A stretch of 64,000 bases of DNA from Macrostomum lignano (taxonomy: Eukaryota). A program made the translations under genes and the position numbers. The notes beneath the pieces are model-generated. The model saw only the letters and a list, made by a program, of their open reading frames with translations. It did not search any database and was not told the origin of the DNA. The stretch lies in contig NIVC01000584.1 of the NCBI GenBank assembly GCA_002269645.1, positions 97,477 through 161,476 of the forward strand, written 5' to 3'. Of this stretch, positions 48,896 to 64,000 are shown one piece after another. The number at the start of each line of letters is the position of its first letter. The first letter of the stretch is position 1.

Positions 48896-48902
48896 AAAAA
48901 AA
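48896..48902 (-). terminator. Pol III oligo(dT) terminator of the tRNA-Ser
   Basis: A7 on + strand, 5 nt past the tRNA 3' end. Confidence 0.75.
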
Positions 48903-48907
48903 TTCAT

Positions 48908-48989
48908 CGACGAGGATGGGATTCGAACCCACGCGGGGAAACCCCAATGGATTAGCAGTCCATCGCCATAACCACTCGGCCACCTCGTC
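48908..48989 (-). tRNA. tRNA-Ser(GCT)
   Basis: GACGAGGTGGCCGAGTGGTTATGGCGATGGACT-GCT-AATCCATTGGGGTTTCCCCGCGTGGGTTCGAATCCCATCCTCGTCG: 82 nt, long variable arm, A and B boxes, T7 Pol III terminator just downstream. Confidence 0.95.
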
Positions 48990-49011
48990 TGCCCCAGTGG
49001 GCCTTCATTTG

Positions 49012-49022
49012 TCTATATATAC
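49012..49022 (-). promoter_or_regulatory. TATA-like element upstream of tRNA-Ser
   Basis: GTATATATAG on the minus strand, ~25-30 nt 5' of the tRNA start. Confidence 0.45.
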
Positions 49023-49914
49023 TGCAAGTGCCACAGAAAGCTAAATTTAGAATCACTGCTCAGGAGAGCAGCCACGCCAAATTATTTCAGATTGCCACTA
49101 GGAGCGAGTTGCTAATCAATTGACATCCATTGTCAGATTGATACGAGGGCAGGGATTGACTCAAATAGCTCGTAACCTCAACCTCTGGGGCACTGGAATA
49201 TTACTATTTTTGCATTTACATGTACATACATGCTTTAACTTTTAGCTTTAGTGTTTGGCGTGATCGTTCACGGGACACGTTCGACTGTCTGTCTGTCTGT
49301 ACATGTGCGAGTATTCAGCTTGAACGGTCCGCCAGTCCCACCCCAGAAAGTTAAGCATAGTTGGACGCGGTTCACCAAACGCATATGTAAACTAAGCTGA
49401 GACTGAGAGCCTGAGTTCCAATTCACAAAAGACAGAGAAGCCGAATCTGGACGATTGCCTGAGCAGTGAGTACACCAGGAAGTGAGTTGATGTGAGCGAG
49501 TCCTTAAGTGCGAACTCCCACATGTATAGAGATCAAATGAGCTGAAGCAATTAAAACTTCCCAATACGTCCACAAATTCTACGAACCAGAAATTGCCAAT
49601 CGGCAAATTGCACAGCGCTTTCATCTTGAGAGATGTAGCCAGTTTGCAAAGAGGCTGGCCAATCAGCTGCTCAAGTTTATTGAAGAAAACTTTGGAAAAA
49701 TGAGATAGAAAACTGGCAAAATGCCGCGCCGAGAAAAACTAGAAGCAGAAAAAGTTTTGAGCACTCGGAAAACGACAAAAAAAACAAAAAATGGTAACAG
49801 AAAATTAACAAAAACATGGGAAATGCCTCTGCAGCTGAACTCTCTGAACAGTCTGTCTTAATGACTTTTTACTGTATCGGGTGCCTGATTTTAGTGTCCT
49901 TATCTGTTATAGGG

Positions 49915-50435
49915 ATTTAGAATCCTCAAATTTGGGATCATCTGAAATTTAGAATCCTCACATTTGGGATCATCTGGGATTTGAATCCTCACATTTGGGA
50001 TCATCTGGGATTTAGAATCCTCACATTTGGGATCATCTGGGATTTAGAATCCTCACATTTGGGATCATCTGAGATTTAGAATCCTCACATTTGGGATCAT
50101 CTGGGATTTAGAATCCTCAAATTTGGGATCATGTGGGATTTAGAATCCTCACATTTGGGATCATCTGGGATTTAGAATCCTCGCATTTGGGATCATGTGG
50201 GATTTAGAATCCTCATATTTGGGATCATGTAAGATTTAGAATCCTCGCATTTGGGATCATGTGGGATTTAGAATCCTCACATTTGGGATCATGTAAGATT
50301 TAGAATCCTCACATTTGGGATCATCTGGGATTTAGAATCTTCACATTTGGGATCATCTGGGATTTAGAATCCTCACATTTGGGATCATCTGGGATTTAGA
50401 ACCCTCCCTCACATTTGGGATTATGTGGGATCTGA
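49915..50435. repeat. 32-bp minisatellite 3' of RPA1
   Basis: gaatcctcacatttgggatcatctgggattta units. Confidence 0.95.
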
Positions 50436-50523
50436 ATCCTCACAATGCTCCGCCATTAAAAATAACTGAAACAAGCTGAACAAGCTGTAACCATGGCAAC
50501 AAGTCGGAAAGCGGCCAGTCGGC

Positions 50524-55018
<4,495 letters not shown>

Positions 55019-57866
55019 TGCTACTGGAACTGAATGGTTTGGCCTAGTGATGTAAATTGGGACTAATCTGGTTGCTTAGATAGTAGTACATCTATGGTTA
55101 TAAACATAGCAGAGCCTGGTTTGTTATTCCGCACTGCAAATTATTAATGATTAAATACAAATTAACCAATCAACTGAATAGAATAAAAATTCATAGCAGA
55201 CTTTTCTAAATATAAAAAATATTGTGACTAATCTTAAAAAATATATTATGAATTTAAATATAGGCTACTAATTGATCATTTTCTTCAAAAAAACTTTTTT
55301 GTTTTATTTTCCACATGCCTTTGTTTTATTATTTATAAAAACCACAGTCAATGGTTAAAATTATATTGAATGGCTAAAAAGCAACTTATTGATATAAAAA
55401 GCACTTTACCAAAACACTGCATACTCACCCTAGAATCAATACATCTTGTCAAACAAATTCTTACTTAAGATATGTTGGAGTATTTACTAGTCTATAGGCC
55501 TAACATTTGCCTACCAATGTAAATAAAAAAGAAAAATCACTGATAAATAATTATGTAGCTTTTATTTGGTATGCTAACTTTAATATCTTGTTTTCTAATA
55601 ATGATGGAATAGGTTTGAAACTAATAAATGGTAACTTTTTACTAATAATTGCAAATTAAAAATCAATGTTGAAAAGCACATATTCAAATTCAAATGTTAC
55701 AAATTCTATTGCAATTTAGTTTTAATTAAGTTAGAGGCAATTAGTAAATGAATTATTATTGCAAAAATTATTGCAAGAATTAAATTAAGTGCAAATTTAG
55801 CTAAAACCTATAATTCACACTTATATGGCATGGGGGCCTATGCTTAAATTGTAATTCAAAATTACTCGTAGAAATAGAAAATTAAAATTAGAAAATTAGA
55901 AGAGTCAAAATAATGATTTAGTTTAGCTAAATAAAGTAGAAAAGTTTTTGTTAAGTACAAAATAACATTGAGGTGGCCCACGAGGATTTCTAAAACTCCA
56001 TATTTAAAATACGAAGCCACTAGACTTATTAGCCTATAGTTTGCTAACTGTCAAATCATTAATCAATCACACAATACAAGTACAACTGACCAAAAAAGGT
56101 TAGTACATGAACCAATTATTGACTCTTTGATAGCCTAAAAAGGATTAGCAGAGTAGAGTGTAAATTAATATGAATTCACAAATCAGGGAATCACGGGAAT
56201 CACTACGCGGCATCAAAGCTTTCGATGTGCATTCGACAAGCTCTTTTTAAAAGTATACTCGTCATACTACTCTGGCCAAAGTACAAAAGTATGTTTAACA
56301 AAAATGTATCACTATGATGATAATTTTTTGATTTTTTCAGCAATTCAAATTTTTATTTTTTAATTTCAATTTCTTTCTCAGCTTTTTATATAGTATGGCT
56401 AGCGATTCCCAGTAGCTAAGCTTTATCGTAATGCTGATTGAGAATTTTCTAGTAGCTAATGTGCCAACTTGCAGCCTCTCTTCCGCGTCTCCGCTAGTCC
56501 TCTGGAGCCCAGCTTAAATTAATTAGTCCCGACGAGACTCTCGACTGCCTAGTGAATAAATGCCTGTCGCAGTTGCACAGTCAATCTTACGTTTCGTCTT
56601 ATCACCTTGGGCCTACACATGTGTGGGGGATCCAGAATATCATTTACTGGAGATTGATTTCAGATTTTAGCGGGATTTCTAGCGGTACTAAAATAATCTT
56701 CATAATTTAATTTAAAACGATCATTTCGGGCCATTTTTACCGCTTCGATCAATTCATAAATGTCCCACCAAGAGCAGTCCATCAGTGGGATAGATGCTAG
56801 GGACTCCGTAGCCATGGCGGATCCAGGGATAGCATATTTTTGCAACTTTTCTGGTCCAATTGATTAATTACTCGTATAATTTAATTGAATATGTACGTGA
56901 ATGCAGGCAAAAAATTTCCTACGTCCGAGATATATGTAAAAGAAGCAGTGTGTTGCGAGCGTGCAGTACAGTGTATTTGTCAAAATGGAGCAAAGAATGC
57001 AGCCACACAAGAGCGCAATTGTTGCAATCGGCAATTACATGTAGTTTGCTTTAATTAAAGCAGTCGGCTAATCTATACATGCATGCACTGTACATGTAAG
57101 CTACAATAGGCTTTCATCTGTGGGAATCAAGACGTGTTTGAGGTGTTTCTCAGCACAGCGACACGAGCATAGCTACTCTTCCAAGCAGGTAAACAGCCTA
57201 TTTAGAAGCTGCCAGCAGTTGAAGTAAGTTACGTTTTTTGACACTCGAACAGCTGTTTGAGTTCCCGGCCTCAGTAACTAACGTCTGCTGCATGCTCCGA
57301 TTGATAGCTACTTATTATATAGGCGTACTGCTTCTTTATTTGCTGAAGCTTGCGACACAAAAGCAACGCTGCTTCCCATGACACAATTGCCCTCTGTCGG
57401 AGCTCTATCCAAGTATCTCCATGCATGCGCAGTGCTTTGCCCAAATGGCTTTTAGGCTCGCTTCTGTTAGCAAACATCAATCAAGCTGTACTCTATAGCA
57501 ACCATGAAAGCACTTGAAAGCTGCTATATTACAAAGCTTTGCTTGACTGCTTCAGCTAACTTTCTTTCTTGGAGCTCTGCCACTCGTAATCCTCACTTCG
57601 GCAGCATCAGAAAGGTGAGAGAAACTTCCAGGATGTGGGCGCCAGCATTTTGCCTGCCCATTAGGCCGGGGTCTTGGGCCACTGTCTACTGCCATAAAAT
57701 TCTTATTTGCATGCATTGATTGAATTAAGCACTTTTAAAGGTTATTAATTAAGGAAAAGACATTTGGATCAACCTTTTCTCTTCTTTATACAGAATTCAC
57801 CATTTGAACAGTTGAGCCAAAGCTAATAGCTGACTGCAAACCAAAGAAGTGTGTGCGCACGAGCAG

Positions 57867-60668
57867 ATGGCAAAAACAGCCGCCCTATCGGGCTCCCTGC
57901 TGATGCTCGCTGCAGTGCAGCATCTTGCCGCTGCATCAGAAGCTGCAGCTAGAGAAAGAAACTGGTGGCCCAGCAGTGAGAGCCTCTCTGACTACGAAGC
58001 TGCCCGTCTGATCAACATGGAGTCTCTGGCAGACTGCTTGGCCGCTGCCAGCAGCGACTCCGCTGTGCAGCTGGTGGCGTTCAGCGCCAGCTCCGGCCTG
58101 TGCGCTCACTTCAGGTGCCGTCTGGGCCTGAGCCACTGCAGGAAGTGCCGCAATGCGAACAAGGGAGCTCAGCCAGTGTGGGTGAGTCTTGAGTCAGTCT
58201 GGCAATTCGAACAGATGAAAGAATGCGAAGGGCTGTCCTTGGCTCTCTTTAGGATGAGGAGGGGTAGTAGTTAGAGCTTCGGACTCACGACTGGAAGGTC
58301 GGGGTTCGATTCTCAACTCCCTTGGAATAATTTGTGTCCTTGAGCAAGACACTTAACTCTGCATTGCTTCAGTTAACCCAGCTGTAAAATGGGTGCCCAG
58401 CATTAGCTGGGGTTAATTAAGGGTGTGCGGCGACCCCCAGTCCTTGGACTGAACAGCCGTACGCAGCAATAGCTGCGGCCGAATTGTCGGTTGCACACCT
58501 GGCCATTAGAGCAGGTGTAATCAATTATTTTTTCAACTGCAGTGCGATCATATTCCACGAAGTACTCATTCCAACGCATTTAGTCACCTGCTCACGCTTA
58601 ACCTTCTAGACAGCCAGCAGTGACTGCTGGACCACCGTGCAGCACAGGGTGTCCGGTTCAGTGGACTTTGACCGCAACTGGACTCAGTACCAGAGCGAGT
58701 TCGGCGAGGGACCCGACGGAAACTACTGGATCGGTGAGTGATGTTCATTTTTGGGCAGATTTCGCTTTAAAATGCACTGGTGAGATATGAATCATCAGCT
58801 TTGAGCAAAGTGCCAAATTGTAAGAAGATCACAGCTACTTGCAGTTCTTTTCATTATGAATTTTTTTCTTCTACAGAAATCCTTGCAGAAAGCAATTTTA
58901 CTTGTTTCCCGTCTCAGCTGAACATTTTTTGAAAATTTAAGCTGCAAATTAACATGCAGCTGCTGAATTTCCAAGGCTGAAAGAAGAGTGGGCGCCCCTG
59001 TTTCTTGGTGGGCACCCCTGTCTCATGGTTTGCGCCCCTGTCTCATAATTGTCGCCCCTGTCTCATGGTTTGCGCCCCTGTCTCATGATTGTCGCCCCTG
59101 TCTCATGGTTTGCGCCCCTGTCTCATTGTTGGCGCCCCTGTCTCTGTCGCGACTTTCCTAGTCATTTCTTAGTTCACCTTCACTTGTCTCTGTTTACTCT
59201 GTTTTCTCTCTCTCTCTCTGTCTAGCTCAATCTTGTTATTCTTATCTCTCTCTCCCTTGCTGCGTTCTGATTGGCTCTCCGTTCTCGCCTCTTTCCTCAG
59301 TCGCGCACTCCACCCCCTCTCTTTATTATCTGCAATTTAAACCCCCTAAGTTAATGTCTGGTATAAATATACTTGTTTGGGCCCTGCGCCCACTTACTGG
59401 CTTATCTTAGATTCAATTTAACTCTAATTTAAATATATCATAATTCAATCGTTAGTATTTTCTCTACAGTCTCATTTTTGGCGCCCCTGTCTCATGGTTT
59501 GCGCCCCTGTCTCATTTTTAGCGCCCCTGTCTCATTTTTAGCGCCCCTGTCTCATTTTTAGCGCCCCTGTCTCATTTTTAGCGCCCCTGTCTCATGGTTT
59601 GCGCCCCTGTCTCATGGTTTGCGCCCCTGTCTCATGGTTGGCGCTCCTGTTTCATGGTTGGCGCCCCTGTCTCATGGTTGGCGCTCCTGTTTCATGGTTG
59701 GCGCCCCTGTTTCATGGTTTGCGCCCCTGTCTTATGGTTGGCGCCCCTGTTTCATGGTTAATTGCGCCCCTGTGTCATGGTTAGCGCCCCTACCCCCTCT
59801 CTCGGAAGCCGGTGGATGTCACGTCAAAGAGGATAAGAAACTTGAGCTCCTGTCGAGTTCGCTCTCTCATCACTTTCATTGAGTTACATGTATTATGAAA
59901 TTACGAGCTAAAATTCAGTTTTCATAGTCCAGATCGTATATAGCAGCTCTTACTTGTGCAGACTGTTGAGTAGGCAAACAATCTTCACAAACTTCACAAA
60001 CAATCGAATATTAATTCTCTACTCACGCACTACTCATAATGGCTCATATTAAAAAGCTGTAAATGCATCGTATACACTACTAAAAGTAACGAGAATAGTT
60101 TTAAAGTTTGTCACGATGCGTCGGACGCGAGAATGACAAAACCGCATTTTTGGTAAACGGCTCATATTGTTTGAATCCGTAACTTTGTACAGAATTTCCA
60201 TGACAAACTGAATTTCAAGCTGATGCAATACTTTTAAAACCTTTAGGCCTCAACGCACTGAATGAACTCACTTTTCCTGTAAACCGGAAGCTGAGGATCC
60301 TGATGAAAACTTGGAACGACTCGGTGAGCTGGGCTGAGTACTCCAGCTTCTCGGTCGGTTCCGAGTCCGACCACTACCGGCTGAGCGTGTCCGGCTTCTC
60401 TGGCAGCGCTGGAATCGGCGACTCGCTGACCCGGAATTCCGGGCTCAGGTTCAGCGCGAGGGACGCGGATCGGAACGTCTATGTCCACAACTGCGCGGCC
60501 CAGTTCCATGGAGCCTGGTGGTATTCGAACTGCTCGCATACCTGTCCGAACGGAGTGTTCCGGCAATTCCCTGGAGCTGTAGAGATCCCCTTCTGTCAGG
60601 GCATCATCTGGAGGTTCCCGTACGGCTCGCATTACTCTTTGAAGGAGTTTGAAATGCTCGTTCTGTGA
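57867..60668 (+). CDS. Secreted fibrinogen-related protein (signal peptide + PAN/apple-like segment + fibrinogen C-terminal domain), ~286 aa
   Basis: Exons 57867-58181, 58610-58733, 60247-60668 (861 nt, phases 0 and 1 consistent). Motifs [26 protein letters not shown]...[26 protein letters not shown] and [15 protein letters not shown]. Confidence 0.88.
58252..58530 (+). mobile_element. tRNA-derived SINE with CORE-like central domain, in intron 1 of the fibrinogen-related gene
   Basis: A-box-like gggtagtagttagagc, B-box ggttcgattc, then tgtgtccttgagcaagacacttaactc...cagctgtaaaatgggt (58333-58395). Confidence 0.7.
58990..59790. repeat. 20-bp minisatellite (gcgcccctgtctcatggttt) interrupted by a solo LTR
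   Basis: Tandem units on both sides of 59145-59468. Confidence 0.9.
59145..59468. mobile_element. Solo LTR, 324 bp
   Basis: Starts TGT and ends ACA; perfect 5-bp TSD GTCTC (59140-59144 and 59469-59473); internal TATAAATA and CCAAT-like motifs. Confidence 0.8.
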
Positions 60669-61421
60669 CTGATGAAGATTAACGAGTCTGAGGCACTGAT
60701 GGGTGTGACGAATAAATATGACGAAAACATGACGAAAAGATGAGCGTGACTCGGCGGTTACAGCTTTTAAATGTTGGACACAACGCAACTAAAATATAAG
60801 AATAATATTCCGGATTTTCTTTTGAGTGAACCGTACATGCAGATGGCATTTGCTCATGACTTTTGGTAGGATTTTCAGCTGTGGGCCGGTGTGGGGAATG
60901 AGTGATATTCAAGTCACTAAAATGAGTGCCCGCGGCGCTAAAATGAGTGCCCGCGAGTGACAATCGGTAAGAGTGATATCACGGTCCACGGAGTGACGAT
61001 CGTGAACCATTCACTCAAGCCAGTCAGTCACTCATCCAAGGCAGTCAGTGACTCACCAACATAAAAAATTAACATGCAGCTAGGTAACTCCATGACACGG
61101 TGCAACATTTGAGTCCGAATGTTAGAGATGAAATTGCCGTGAAGTTTACAGAAATTCACTAAAACTCTGAAACCATTTTGACAAATGTTACTTCCGGAAA
61201 CAAACACGCAATGCTGCAAACAACAGCGTGCTTAAATGATTAACATTAAAATTGCAATGCGCACAATGTATATATTTTTGGGTTTCGACTATTTAAACAA
61301 ATTAACGACAGTTATGACGGTTACTACAAGTTATAAAATTGTGGTCAGCTAACTAGTATTTAGTTTTTGGTTAATTTTGCTCAGTTAAATGAACACCGCG
61401 ACACAGAAACAGCATTTAGAC

Positions 61422-63283
61422 TCAGTGCAGATGATGGGCGGCTTTGCCGTTGGCCTGCGGCCCGTGCACCTCGTTACTCCACAGGTGGTACACGGCCAGG
61501 GACACCAGGCCGACCAGAGCTGTCAGGCCCGTGTGCGCTGCCAACTGCCAGCCCGGCGGAGCAGATGGCCCAGAGACCTGCGGTTGGGTGGGGTGATTAA
61601 TGATGAGCATTGCGAAGCTGTATGAGTATGACCAGGCTGTGTGAGTATGAGCAAGCTGTGTGAGTATGACCAAGCTGTGTGAGTATGACCAAGCTGTGTG
61701 AGTATGACCAAGCTGTATGAGTATGACCAAGATGTATGGGTATGACTAAGCTGTGTGAGTATGACCAAGCTGTGTAAGTATGACCAAGCTGTGTGAGTAT
61801 GACCAAGCTATGTGAGGATGACCAAGATGTATGAGTATGATCAAGCTGTGTGAGTATGACCAAGCTGTGTAAGTATGACCAAGCTGTGTAAGTATGACCA
61901 AGCTGTGTAAGTATGACCAAGCTGTGTGAGTATGACCAAGCTGTGTAAGTATGACCAAGCTGTGTAAGTATGACCAAGCTGTATGACCGAACTGTGTGAG
62001 TATGACCAAGCTGTGTAAGTATGACCAAGCTGTGTGAGTATGACCAAGCTGTATGACCGAATTGTGTGAGTATGACCAAGCTGTGTGAGTATGACCAAGA
62101 TGTATGGGTATGACTAAGCTGTGTGAGTATGACCAAGCTGTGTAAGTATGACCAAGCTGTGTGAGTATGACCAAGCTGTGTGAGTATGACCAAGCTGTAT
62201 GACCGAACTGTGTGAGTATGACCAAGCTGTGTGAGTATGACCAAGATGTATGGGTATGACTAAGCTGTGTAAGTATGACCAAGCTGTGTGAGTATGACCA
62301 AGATGTATGGATATGACTAAGCTGTGTGAGTATGACCAAGCTGTGTAAGTATGACCAAGCTGTGTGAGTATGACCAAGCTATGTGAGGATGACCAAGATG
62401 TATGGATATGACTAAGCTGTGTGAGTATGACCAAGCTGTGTAAGTATGACCAAGCTGTGTAAGTATGACCAAGCTGTGTGAGTATGACCAAGCTATGTGA
62501 GGATGACCAAGATGTATGGATATGACTAAGCTGTGTGAGTATGACCAAGCTGTGTAAGTATGACTAAGCTGTGTGAGTATGACCAAGCTGTATGAGTATG
62601 ACCAAGCTGTATGACCGAACTGTGTGAGTATGACCAAGCTGTGTGAGTATGACCAAGCTGTGTGAGTATGACCAAGCTATGTGAGGATGACCAAGATGTA
62701 TGGATATGACTAAGCTATGTGAGTATGACCAAGCTGTGACCAAGTTGTATGAGTATGACCAAGCTGTATGACCAAGCTGTATGATCAAACTGTATGACCA
62801 AGCTGGCACTGTCGCACTCACAGGAACAGAAACGGCCGGTAGTTGATTAGCAGGATGCCGGCAGTGACAGCAGGCAGGTGGGCTTTGCTCAGATCGAACC
62901 GACAGTAAAGCCACAGTAGCAGCGCCAGGCACAGGTGCTGCGCCAGCTCCAGATTGGACTCAAAGCTCAGGCGGACGAATGCCCAGCTAAACTGCTGGCC
63001 GCTGGCCCCCACCCACAGCGGCACCACCTTGGTGAGCAGGAAGTGTGCGGCCGCCCAGCCGGCGCCAACGGTGAGAATCTTGATGCTGCCCTTGCCGGAC
63101 ACGCGCTGGAACACTAGGAACAGGCCGACCAGGTCGAACAAGTCACAGGTGGAGCGAAGGAAGTCAGCGAGGCCGCCAGTCCATTGTGGAAAGAATGTGG
63201 CCAGCAGCAGCATTTTGCACAGCTGGGTGAGCACATAGGCACCAGCCACTTGAGCACACTTCCATAGGGCGCTGTACTCATGC
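61422..63283 (-). CDS. TMEM147: TMEM147 (BOS complex subunit), partial; first exon lies outside the window
   Basis: Exons 63283-62822 and 61577-61422. EYSALWKCAQ...QLCKMLLLATFFP...GKGSIKIL...VVPLWVGASGQQFSW matches TMEM147. One apparent single-base deletion at ~61552-61560. Confidence 0.85.
61615..62803. repeat. 19-bp minisatellite (gagtatgaccaagctgtgt), TMEM147 intron
   Basis: Tandem units. Confidence 0.95.
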
Positions 63284-63379
63284 CTGTTTGTGGGGGGGGG
63301 GCTTATAAGCTACTGAGTTTGTATACAGCAGATTTCTATATTACAGAAATCCATAATTGCCTATACACACTAGTTTAAA

Positions 63380-64000
63380 AGGGGCCCATTACAAGCTCGA
63401 AAAATCATATCGTCGAAAAGTTTAGCAACCACCATCACAAGCTCGATGACAAGCTCGAAAAATCACATCGTCGAAAACTGATTTAGCAGCCGACATCACA
63501 AGCTCGAAAAGTCATAAGCTCGAAAAATCATATCGTCGAAAAGTCTAGCAACCACCATCATAAGCTCGAAAATTCACAAGCTCGAAAAGTCACATCGTCG
63601 AAAAGGTTAGCAACCACCATCACAAGCTTGAATAGGGTTAGGGTTAGAGCTTGTGCCTTAGGATTAGGGCTTAGGGTTAAGTTTAGGGTTGGGGTTCGAA
63701 CTTGTGCCTTAGGGTTAGGGTTTAGGGTTAGGGTTGTGGTGAACTAGTGCCTTTAAGTTATGGTTCAGGGTTAGGCTGGGGTACTGGTGCCTTAGGGTTA
63801 GTGCCTTGGGGTTACGGTTAGAGCTGTGCCTTTTCGAGCTTGTGATGATGTTTGCTAAACTTTTCGACGATGTGATTTTTTGAGCTTATGACTTGTCGAG
63901 CTTGTGATGGAGCCCTGTTTCGACGATGTGATTTTTCGAGCTTGTGATGGTGGTTGCTAAACTTTTCGACGATATGATTTTTTCAAGCTTATGACTTTTT
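63380..64000. mobile_element. Foldback/MITE-like element with modular inverted arms and a degenerate (TTAGGG)n core; right end beyond the window
   Basis: caagctcgaaaaatcacatcgtcgaaaag..gcaaccaccatcacaagc (63390-63630) is mirrored at 63830-64000; ttagggttaggg variants at ~63633-63820. Confidence 0.7.

Noticed and set aside
49268-49720. Short open frames on both strands with helical-looking peptides
   Set aside because: No start or splice context and no recognisable family; several frames are equally open.
56400-56850. Possible solo LTR or short ORF (56660-56845)
   Set aside because: AATAAA and a ...taca end are present, but there is no matching TG start or TSD, and the peptide is unrecognised.
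57100-57720. Degenerate minus-strand reading frame
   Set aside because: Stop density is about that expected of random sequence.

Overview
Eukaryotic (animal) genomic DNA, not prokaryotic. GC-rich, CpG-rich exons are separated by introns that almost all carry their own minisatellite. This style, the (CTGT)n tracts and the gene set suggest a free-living flatworm such as Macrostomum; that is an inference, not a database result. I reconstructed spliced models by hand for six protein genes. On + strand: RNF139/RNF145-type (TRC8_N + RING-H2) E3 ligase (8528-23796), HEATR1/UTP10 (25384-40698, five single-base frameshifts), hnRNP L-like (43583-46713), and a secreted PAN/apple-like + fibrinogen-domain protein (57867-60668). 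On - strand: RPA1 (50524-55018) and partial TMEM147 (61422-63283). There is one tRNA-Ser(GCT). The first ~17.7 kb is an AT-rich, CpG-poor domain of decayed transposons (Tc1/IS630-like, Merlin-like, Harbinger-like, Helitron-like, MITE). The most notable signals are: repeated TA-CGAG-TA / TA-CTCG-TA / TA-CGAGC-TA insertions matching Minos-type excision footprints; a 47-bp TC...CTAG mini-Helitron family; three co-oriented genes each preceded by an orphan splice acceptor (candidate trans-spliced operon); and a first exon whose codon composition differs sharply from the rest of its gene. Most long ORFs in the supplied track are artefacts of tandem repeats. No new biological system can be asserted from sequence alone.
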